From the NCBI GenBank assembly GCA_965203315.1, contig OZ241857.1:1856001-1920000 (forward strand): DNA of 64,000 nt, read 5' to 3'. Position numbers and translations under genes: made by a program. Under the pieces are notes generated by a model. The model ran no database searches, was not told where the DNA came from, and saw only the letters and a list, made by a program, of their open reading frames with translations. Source of the DNA: Nitrosopumilus sp. (GTDB taxonomy: Archaea; Thermoproteota; Nitrososphaeria; Nitrososphaerales; Nitrosopumilaceae). The stretch's first letter is position 1, and each line of letters begins with the position of its first letter. Positions 53,887-61,977 of the stretch are shown piece after piece.

Positions 53887-56010
53887 TTGAGCGATCAAGA
53901 TATGGATGTAAAAACAATCTTTGACGAGACTATCAATACTGACCATAAAGTCATAACAGAAGAGGCATCTAAATCTATCTTGGAAGAGTATGCTGTAAAT
54001 GTACCTCCTTTTGCTCTAGTTAAATCATCTACTGATGCAGTAAAGCAGGCAAAAAAGATAGGCTTTCCACTAGTTATGAAGGTCGTCTCTCCTCAGATAT
54101 TACACAAGACCGATGTTGGTGGCGTAAAGGTTGGCGTTAATAGCATATCAGAAGTTCGATCTACATTTGATGACATGTATAACAGACTCTCAAATAAAAA
54201 AGATGTAGAGATAAAAGGTATCTTGCTTGAAAAGATGGTTCCAAAAGGCGTAGAGTTGATCGTTGGTATTCAAAACGATCCACAGTTTGGTCCGGTAATG
54301 ATGGTTGGGCTAGGTGGAACCATGACTGAGATTATGAAAGATGTATCATTTAGGATGTTACCGATCACAAAGACCGACGCAAGATCGATGCTTGCTGAAT
54401 TAAAAGGGTACAAACTCTTACGTGGCTTTCGTGGTAGCGAACCTATTGATATCGACCAAGTTGCAAAGATGTTGGTTCAGATAAGTAAACTTGGCGTAGA
54501 TAATGCAGATTACATAAACAGTATAGACTTTAATCCAGTCGTAGTGTACCCCAAGTCACACTATGTTGTAGACGCAAAGATCATACTAAACGACACTGTA
54601 AAGTACAATTCAATATCAAAGGCAAAACCAAACCGAGACAACATGGAGACATTTTTCACTCCAAAGTCAGTAGCACTAGTTGGAGCATCTGCTACTAGAG
54701 GTAAGATCGGCAACTCTATTCTAGATAGTCTAGTAAACTATGATTTTAAAGGTAATGTATATCCAATAAATCCCAAATCTGATAAAATATTTGGTAAAAA
54801 ATGCTATTCCTCCATAACTGAGATACCTGGCAAAGTAGATCTAGTCGTCATATCAGTAGATCTATCGGTAACTCCGCCAATTCTTAAAGACTGTGCAAAG
54901 AAAGGTGTCCATAGTGTTGTCATTGTATCTGGTGGTGGAAAGGAGCTTGGTGGTGAACGAGCTCAATATGAGGCAGAGATAAAACAACTCTCTGAACAAC
55001 ACAAGATTAGGATAATAGGACCCAACTGTATTGGAATGTTCAATGCAGCAAATAGACTAGATTGTGCATTTCAAGGTCAAGCAAGGATGATCAGAGCAAG
55101 ACTAGGGCCTGTTGCACTGTTGTCGCAGAGTGGAACTATGGGTATCAGTTTTTTGGAGAGCGCCGATACATTTGGATTATCCAAGATGATAAGCTATGGA
55201 AATCGCTCTGATGTTGATGAAGCAGACATGATCTGGTATCTTGCAAACGATCCACAGACAAAGGTAATAGCACTATATGTCGAAGGATTTGGCGACGGAC
55301 GCAAGTTCATTAATACTGCAAAGAGAGTGATGAAGGAGAATAAAAAGCCGGTTGTAATATGGAAGAGTGGCAGAACAGAACTTGGAGCAAAGCAAGCCCA
55401 ATCTCATACAGGCTCGCTAGGAGGATCTAATGCAATAATTATGGGTGCTTTTAAACAAGCTGGAATAATCTCTGTAGATAGTTATCAAGAGTTGGTTGCA
55501 GTATCCAAAGCACTTGCGTGGCAACCAGCTGCCAAAGGTAATCGTGCCGCAATGGCTAGCAATGGAGCAGGGCCCATGATAGGCGCAATGGATCACTTTG
55601 AACGACTAGGGTTACAGCTTGCCAAAGTTAGCCCCGAGTCTCTAAAAAAGATGCTATCTCACTTTCCACCTACATACGTGATAGGCAGCGGTAATCCAGC
55701 TGATGTGACCGGTGGCGCAAGCGCTGAGGATTATGACTTTGTAATGAAGACTTTTGCAAGTGATTCAAACGTTGACATCATTATGCCGTGGTTTGTATTT
55801 CAAGATGATCCACTAGATGAGATTATAGTAAAGTATCTAACAGCGATCTCCAAAAAACAACAAAAACCTCTACTGGTTGGTGGAAACGGCGGACCGTACA
55901 CGAAAAAGGTCAGCAAGATGATCGAAGATAATAAAGTTCCAGTCTATGATGATCTTCGAGATTGGGTCGCTGCTGCTTCAGCATTGGTCAAGTGGGGCAA
56001 GCATCAATAA
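53887..56010 (+). CDS. ADP-forming acyl-CoA synthetase, probable 3-hydroxypropionyl-CoA synthetase (3HP/4HB cycle)
   Basis: ATP-grasp [18 protein letters not shown] and SHTGSL. Adjacent to a crotonase, as in N. maritimus Nmar_1309/1308. Confidence 0.88.
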   Translation: MSDQDMDVKTIFDETINTDHKVITEEASKSILEEYAVNVPPFALVKSSTDAVKQAKKIGFPLVMKVVSPQILHKTDVGGVKVGVNSISEVRSTFDDMYNRLSNKKDVEIKGILLEKMVPKGVELIVGIQNDPQFGPVMMVGLGGTMTEIMKDVSFRMLPITKTDARSMLAELKGYKLLRGFRGSEPIDIDQVAKMLVQISKLGVDNADYINSIDFNPVVVYPKSHYVVDAKIILNDTVKYNSISKAKPNRDNMETFFTPKSVALVGASATRGKIGNSILDSLVNYDFKGNVYPINPKSDKIFGKKCYSSITEIPGKVDLVVISVDLSVTPPILKDCAKKGVHSVVIVSGGGKELGGERAQYEAEIKQLSEQHKIRIIGPNCIGMFNAANRLDCAFQGQARMIRARLGPVALLSQSGTMGISFLESADTFGLSKMISYGNRSDVDEADMIWYLANDPQTKVIALYVEGFGDGRKFINTAKRVMKENKKPVVIWKSGRTELGAKQAQSHTGSLGGSNAIIMGAFKQAGIISVDSYQELVAVSKALAWQPAAKGNRAAMASNGAGPMIGAMDHFERLGLQLAKVSPESLKKMLSHFPPTYVIGSGNPADVTGGASAEDYDFVMKTFASDSNVDIIMPWFVFQDDPLDEIIVKYLTAISKKQQKPLLVGGNGGPYTKKVSKMIEDNKVPVYDDLRDWVAAASALVKWGKHQ

Positions 56011-56042
56011 CATTTAATTCATACATGTTGGCGAACATAAAC

Positions 56043-56798
56043 ATGACACTAGTAACTGCATCCACGTCAGAAGGAATATGCACCGTCACGATAAATCGCC
56101 CTGATAAACTAAACGCGATGAATATTGATGTTGCTAGAGATATCATCAAAACTTTTGAGTTGCTAAACCATGATGATAATGTCCACGTCATCATTCTTAC
56201 GGGAGAAGGTCAAAAAGCATTCTCTGCAGGAGCAGATATTGAATACATGTCCAAGATATCGCCTGACGAATCAGTCGAGTATGCAAAGATCGGTCAACTG
56301 GTAACTCAGACAGTCGAACTAGTACGACAACCAACCATTGCGGCAATCAACGGATTTGCTTTGGGTGGCGGTTGTGAACTCGCAATGTCGTGTGATATTA
56401 GAATTGCAGCCGATACTGCAAAATTGGGTCAACCAGAGGTAACAATTGGAATTCCGCCTGGTTGGGGAGGTACACAACGATTGATGCGAATAGTTGGTAT
56501 TGCAAAAGCAAAAGAGTTGGTATACACCGGCAAGATGATAAAGGCAGATGTTGCAAAAGAGATCGGATTAGTAAATCACGTGGTGCCTCTAGATTCGCTA
56601 CGAGACGAAGCTATGCGTATGGCAAAAGATATCGCAAAAAACTCTGCCATGGGAGTTCAAATGTCCAAAGTTGCAATAAACAAAGGACGTAACGCTGATC
56701 TGGACACTGGACTTGGAATCGAACTGCTTGCATGGCGTAACTGCTTTACGCACCCTGACCGTCAATCTCGTATGACTGACTTTCTCAACAAAAAGTAA
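56043..56798 (+). CDS. Enoyl-CoA hydratase, probable 3-hydroxypropionyl-CoA dehydratase/crotonyl-CoA hydratase
   Basis: [25 protein letters not shown] and GQPEV. Confidence 0.9.
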   Translation: MTLVTASTSEGICTVTINRPDKLNAMNIDVARDIIKTFELLNHDDNVHVIILTGEGQKAFSAGADIEYMSKISPDESVEYAKIGQLVTQTVELVRQPTIAAINGFALGGGCELAMSCDIRIAADTAKLGQPEVTIGIPPGWGGTQRLMRIVGIAKAKELVYTGKMIKADVAKEIGLVNHVVPLDSLRDEAMRMAKDIAKNSAMGVQMSKVAINKGRNADLDTGLGIELLAWRNCFTHPDRQSRMTDFLNKK

Positions 56799-56876
56799 TA
56801 TCGTAACTGTTCTGACAAGTCTGACACCAATCAAGTTCATTTGCATTACATGTAGTGTAATGTGGTGCGATATAGT

Positions 56877-57016
56877 AGACTGTATGCGTATTATTAAGAG
56901 TGCCCATGTCCAGTCATCAAACACGATAACAATGAATCGATTTGCCTCTATAAATCACGCTTGTGTTTTATTGTACCTTAAACGTGAGTATGATGTAAGA
57001 AATACGCATACCGTCT
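56877..57016. mobile_element. MITE family A, copy 2
   Basis: TIR AGACTGTATGCGTATT / AATACGCATACCGTCT (1 mismatch); aligns end to end with 2200-2336. Confidence 0.85.
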
Positions 57017-57192
57017 TGTGATGTACTATCAGACTGTTGTAAGCAAATCTCTGCTTGAGACAACACTTTGCTCGTATGCGTAGCTAGTATCTTGAACATT
57101 ATGATTACTGCGTCTTGATAGATCTACTCACTCCGTCTCGATGATGCCCAGAGTGCCAAAGGTTATTATAATTTGTTATCATACTCTGTACA

Positions 57193-57543
57193 ATGGAAAC
57201 AGAACAAACTCAAAAGATGATCACAGTTACTGCAAAAGCAGCTGAAAAGATCAAAGAGTTTATGAACGAAGAAGCAGAGAAACCAGAATATCTACGTGTC
57301 TATGTTCAAGGTGGTGGTTGTTCTGGTCTATCTTATGGAATGGGCTTTGAGAAAGCACCAGAAGAAGACGACCTGGTTATGGAAGAGAATGGAATAAAAC
57401 TCCTTGTCGACAACTATAGTGTTGATCATCTCAAGGGTGCAAATGTTGACTATATTGAGAGTCTGATGGGATCTGGCTTCAAGATCAACAATCCAAATGT
57501 AACAAAGTCTTGTTCTTGTGGTCACTCTTTTAGTACAGAGTAA
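57193..57543 (+). CDS. A-type Fe-S cluster carrier (IscA/ErpA/HesB family)
   Basis: GGGCSGLSY and CSCGHSF. Confidence 0.95.
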   Translation: METEQTQKMITVTAKAAEKIKEFMNEEAEKPEYLRVYVQGGGCSGLSYGMGFEKAPEEDDLVMEENGIKLLVDNYSVDHLKGANVDYIESLMGSGFKINNPNVTKSCSCGHSFSTE

Positions 57544-57599
57544 ATCCACTAGTCACTTTTTTTCATTTTTAATGCATGTGTGATCTATTCCAGGTTCTT

Positions 57600-57762
57600 T
57601 TAACTTAACGGGGGGTCGATAGTTTTCACGCAACATTCTCTAAAAATTTTACAAGTCATGAAAAATGGTTAGAACACCCATTGTAGATTTTGCTGTTTTA
57701 AGTTGCATACAGTGCGTTTCTTGAAATACCTACAACTTAATCTTAACCCCCCGTTAAGTTAA
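57600..57762. mobile_element. MITE family C nested in the IS110 left inverted repeat
   Basis: Perfect 17-bp inverted ends TTAACTTAACGGGGGGT / ACCCCCCGTTAAGTTAA (TA or TTAA TSD included). Confidence 0.85.
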
Positions 57763-57897
57763 CCATATGTGAAGAAGTCGATCAGAGTACATTCAGATGA
57801 TACAAAGCATGCAGGTCGATCCAAGCGATCATCTGTAAAGCGATCTAAAAGAGGAAATGCAAACAAACAGATTACCCATCCAAAAAGTAAAAACAAG

Positions 57898-58905
57898 ATG
57901 ATCTATATCGGAATAGATGCACATAAGAGATTTCTGCAAATTGCAGCAATGGATCAGGATGGCAAGCGTCTACTCAATGAGCGTGTTGCCACAGATCATG
58001 ACAGTCTAAAAAAATTCTTTGCGCAGTTTACACCACTCAATACACGTTGTGTGATGGAGTCATCGTCAGTATGGTATTGGTTGTATAGATACTTGACAGA
58101 TGAATTGGGATTTGGTGTAGTGTTATCGAATCCATATCAAACAAAGGCTATTGCAGAATCAAAGAAAAAGACAGACAAGGTGGATGCATGGACACTGGCA
58201 GATCTTTTAAGAGGAAATTATATCTCGCCTTGTTTTGTTCCTAGTGAATACATTGTTAAATTGAAACAGTTGGTTCGACATAGAGATATAATTGTAAAAG
58301 GAAGAACGCGATACAAGAATCTTATACATGGGATATTACTGCAATATGGAATTAAAATACCTGGTTCAAGTTTTAGCAAGTCATTTAGAGAGGAATTGAA
58401 GAAACTCGAGGATTATAGAATAGATAACTATTTGGACATGATAAACCTCTCTGACGAAAAGATTCGACAGTTGGATATTAAAATGCATAAAGAAGTAAAG
58501 AGATCACATGATGCGCAGTTGTTAAAGACAATTCCGGGAGTTGGAAACTTTGTTGCACTTGTTGTAATATCCAGCATTGGAGATGTCAAGAGATTCCCAA
58601 ATGTACGCAAAATGTGTTCGTATGCAGGAATAGTGCCGTCTGTTCGCAATTCAGCTGGTAAACAAAATCACGGACGTATAACGAGGAAAGGTGATAAAAT
58701 ACTTAGATGGGCATTGACCGAAGCAGTTCATGTACACATAAAATGTGAACCCCATAGCTACATTACAAAATTTTATACTAGAATTAAAAAGAGACGCGTG
58801 ACAAGCAAGGCAACTGTTGCAACTGCCTCCAAGCTACTCCGATTGATGTACCATATGCTTATAGATAGGGATGATTATGTCACACATTGTAGTCGAAATC
58901 ATTAA
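57898..58905 (+). CDS. IS110 DEDD recombinase/transposase
   Basis: MIYIGIDAHK, VMES, KKTDKVDA, TIPGVG, YAGIVPSVRNSAGK and GRITRKG. Confidence 0.95.
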   Translation: MIYIGIDAHKRFLQIAAMDQDGKRLLNERVATDHDSLKKFFAQFTPLNTRCVMESSSVWYWLYRYLTDELGFGVVLSNPYQTKAIAESKKKTDKVDAWTLADLLRGNYISPCFVPSEYIVKLKQLVRHRDIIVKGRTRYKNLIHGILLQYGIKIPGSSFSKSFREELKKLEDYRIDNYLDMINLSDEKIRQLDIKMHKEVKRSHDAQLLKTIPGVGNFVALVVISSIGDVKRFPNVRKMCSYAGIVPSVRNSAGKQNHGRITRKGDKILRWALTEAVHVHIKCEPHSYITKFYTRIKKRRVTSKATVATASKLLRLMYHMLIDRDDYVTHCSRNH

Positions 58906-59219
58906 CGTACGGGTTCTGTTTGAGATATCACTCGGCAAGTTAAATGTACAGATTTTGACGAATGGACGAAGAATGATACTGAGTTAACCACTCGAATGGA
59001 TATATGTTCGCAGTCCTTTACATGGGAACACATCCCTAGCGTAAGCTATACACAATAGTCGTGAATCAGAGTAAATCTTTATAAGCTATTCACATGGATA
59101 AAAGAACCGTATTCCATATGGTGGCTTTTGATCACCATGTATTTGATATTGTATAAACTGTACAAATTTGATATTCTCACACTAACTTGAATCATTATTC
59201 TGCCATGATTCCAATATGC

Positions 59220-60362
59220 CTAACTGACACCAAGATCTTTGAACGTCTTGAGTACTATTCCAGTAGAGTTGGTAAGGTTGGCTATTCTGTGACTTACAAT
59301 ATATTCGACTCCTACATCTTTGGCGCTATCTAGGAGACGTTGCGTTATGATTCCATCTAGTAATAGATATTTTATTCCTGACTGAGTTGACAGCTTGGCC
59401 ACGACTTCACTTATTGGAACTTTAAAGATCTCTGAATGACTTTCATCTAGAGCTACTGCCTCTAGTGTTTGGTTTAGATCAGGATATATTTTAGCGGTGA
59501 TGTCTGCAATCGGTTTATCTGCATCATCTTTGAGTTTTGGAGACTGCTTCTCTTCTTTGATCTCATCTGCTATGGGTCTTAGTATCTCATCTATTCGTTG
59601 AGGAGTTAGTTCTTCAACCTCTACTCCATTATCTGCTCGTACCTCGTAGTCTATAGTTACGACTGACTTTAACTCTTTCAGAATAAAACCGCCTGCTCTA
59701 TCTCCATCTAGAAATGCAACTATGATATCTTTTGTCTTACACAACTCTTTGATGGACTCGTCGATCTTGGCCCCCTCAATAGCAATTGCATTATCATATC
59801 CTGCACGTAATAGGTTGATGACATCTGCTCTTCCTTCTACTAGTATGATCCAATCTGAATCTAACATTCCTGGACTACATGTAAGTTTTGATGGACCATA
59901 AGTAGACAGCTTTTTCACATCTCCCTGGTGTACATCATTTAGCATGATCTCTCCTTCACTGACTGTCTTTGTTGCCCATTTTCGTTTGATCTCTTTTGCA
60001 CGTCTTACAATATCCTCTTTCTTTGCAGCTCGTACATCATCTATGGTGTCTAGTTTGAATGTGCAGTCAAATGGTCCAACCTTGTCTATGCTCTCTATTC
60101 CTGCTGCAATTAACGCACACGTGTCGATGTCTGTACTCATGGGAATTATCACTGAACCTGAGGTGGTGTTTGTTGTCGATTTGGCAGTTACCTCTATTCG
60201 ACCGACTTTTGAGACTCGTTGTAACTCGTTCAGATTCATCTCCGGACCTAGAAGACCTTCGGTTTGACCAAAGATCGCTCCAATTATATCTGTCCGTTCA
60301 ACGAGCCCATCAACTTCGTAGGAAAGCTTAACGTGATACTTGACAATTCCTGATTGAGGCAT
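59220..60362 (-). CDS. dnaG: Archaeal DnaG (primase-like/exosome subunit)
   Basis: DIIGAIFGQTEGLLG, VEGRADV and FLDGDRAG (TOPRIM). Confidence 0.96.
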   Translation of the reverse strand: MPQSGIVKYHVKLSYEVDGLVERTDIIGAIFGQTEGLLGPEMNLNELQRVSKVGRIEVTAKSTTNTTSGSVIIPMSTDIDTCALIAAGIESIDKVGPFDCTFKLDTIDDVRAAKKEDIVRRAKEIKRKWATKTVSEGEIMLNDVHQGDVKKLSTYGPSKLTCSPGMLDSDWIILVEGRADVINLLRAGYDNAIAIEGAKIDESIKELCKTKDIIVAFLDGDRAGGFILKELKSVVTIDYEVRADNGVEVEELTPQRIDEILRPIADEIKEEKQSPKLKDDADKPIADITAKIYPDLNQTLEAVALDESHSEIFKVPISEVVAKLSTQSGIKYLLLDGIITQRLLDSAKDVGVEYIVSHRIANLTNSTGIVLKTFKDLGVS

Positions 60363-60515
60363 AAACTAATCATCTCCTTAATTATCATATAATTGGTTTT
60401 AAAGTCCCATATATCAGGGTATCGATTAGGGATTAGCAAACAACTATGTCGATCATACTCTTGAGTGCCAAGATCAATTATTCTGTATTTCAATACTTGT
60501 TGCTAGTGACAGTAT

Positions 60516-60616
60516 AGATCTCTTTGGTTTACGTGGGATAGAATTCTCACAGAAAACACTACAAGATTCTATTGAGGGAATGTGGGAAAAGCCTTGCGAA
60601 AAACCATCTCATGTAC
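60516..60616 (+). repeat. Family B palindromic repeat, copy 5 (right end split by IS, resumes 61856-61868)
   Basis: agatctctttggtttacgtgggatagaattctcacagaaaacactacaagat...ccatctcatgtac[IS]atagaaaagatcc. Confidence 0.7.
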
Positions 60617-61849
60617 CAGACATCGCAAAAGTAACTATAATTTAACCAAAAGATCAAAAATATCGATCAAACAAAGTCAATAAGGATTGCATGTCTCAGG
60701 AATCTAATGCGCAAACAATCAGACTCGCTGAGACAAGCAGTATCTAGAAACCGTTCTACTTGTAGATATATTTTCATAAACGCTATGGATCAGATACCAT
60801 TCAAAGTATCTAATTATCACAATGCCAAATACACAAAATGGGACGGACTCAAGATCATCATAGATGCGGCAGTAGCAAACAAATCTCCTGCTGATCGTTC
60901 CAGATTGATCAGAGATAGTGATGGTTATGCACCTACAGGCGAATGGATTAGGAAGAGGATCGAAGAGACGTGTGAGAAACCGATAGATGAGATATTCAAG
61001 TATGCCGTGACGCAACACCTGTCAGAGCTAAAACGGCTTGGTCGCTTTCCTCGACATCCTATCATTGGAGTAGACAGAACGAGTTTTTCAAGATATGATA
61101 AAGATAATCCAGATCTGATTAAGGGTAGAGCGAAAGATGGTACGACTGTATTTGAGACACACATCTCTGCACAGCTGGTCAACCCCGGCACAAGACTTGT
61201 TTAATCTACATTTTCAGTCAAAAAAGGGGAAAAAATGCTGATTTTATGCCTAAAATTGTAGATTTTTACGAAATAAACTCTACAAGACCAGCGCTGTTTG
61301 TTGCCGATCGTGGGTTTTATTCAGTTGCTATGATCAAATTCTTGAATGGAACTAGACACAAATATTTGATGCCATGCGTAAACACTTCTGGCATAAAAAA
61401 AGCAATAGAGGAATACAAACGAGGAGAACGAGTTAGAGTGTCAAAATATGTAATAAAGAACAACAAGGATCAAGCAGGATGTTACATCATAATAACTCGT
61501 GACAGAGATGACCCAGAAGAGTATAGAGCATTTGCAACAAATGATCCAAATATTGATCTAGAGAAATATCGCGATCGTTGGGAGATTGAGAATGGATTCA
61601 AATTTACTCGAAATATGCGTGTTAGAACTCACAGTAGATCAACACCGTGTAGAACATACATGTTCATGTCTGCACAAATGTTGCTAAACTTGTGGACTAT
61701 ATTCAATCTTGTATTGTTGGTTGAAGGTATCACATCTCACAAGATGTACCAAAGCTTGTTTCTTAAAACGGTGCAAACATTGATCGAGATCCTACCTGAG
61801 CCGATTGCACCCTAGATGCCAAAATTTACACGTACATTTGCGATGTCTG
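60617..61849 (+). mobile_element. ISH3-like insertion sequence, defective copy of 16624-17869
   Basis: Same TIRs and 6-bp TSD ATGTAC (60611-60616, 61850-61855). It is 13 bp shorter than copy 1. Confidence 0.93.
60707..61815 (+). pseudogene. Inactivated DDE transposase
   Basis: TTA>TAA nonsense at 61202-61204, A7>A6 deletion at ~61230, and a 12-bp deletion in the C-terminal PPEP repeat. Confidence 0.9.
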
Positions 61850-61938
61850 ATGTACATAGAAAAGATCCGATTTTTGTGCATGTGTTGTATCGATCTGATC
61901 GTGTACTTGTGAGTACTTGCTGCAAGTCTACAAGATAC

Positions 61939-61970
61939 TTTTATAAGATACGGGGGGGGGGGGGGAGGGA
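61939..61970 (+). promoter_or_regulatory. TATA box followed by a G14 homopolymer (61952-61965)
   Basis: TTTTATAA at 61939-61946, then GATAC-G14-AGGGA, then TTG start at 61978. Confidence 0.65.
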
Positions 61971-61977
61971 GTAATTA

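Larger units (their letters stand above)
57586..59116 (+). mobile_element. IS110-family (IS1111-type) element with sub-terminal inverted repeats
   Basis: Left IR GGTTCTTTTAA[MITE]CCATATGTGAA versus right IR TTCACATGGATAAAAGAACC (59089-59108). TATTCCA flanks both sides, and there is a long 3' non-coding end. Confidence 0.85.

Noticed and set aside
57769-57897. Basic N-terminal extension of the IS110 transposase
   Set aside because: It begins within the element's IR; the family N-terminus matches ATG 57898 (MIYIGID).
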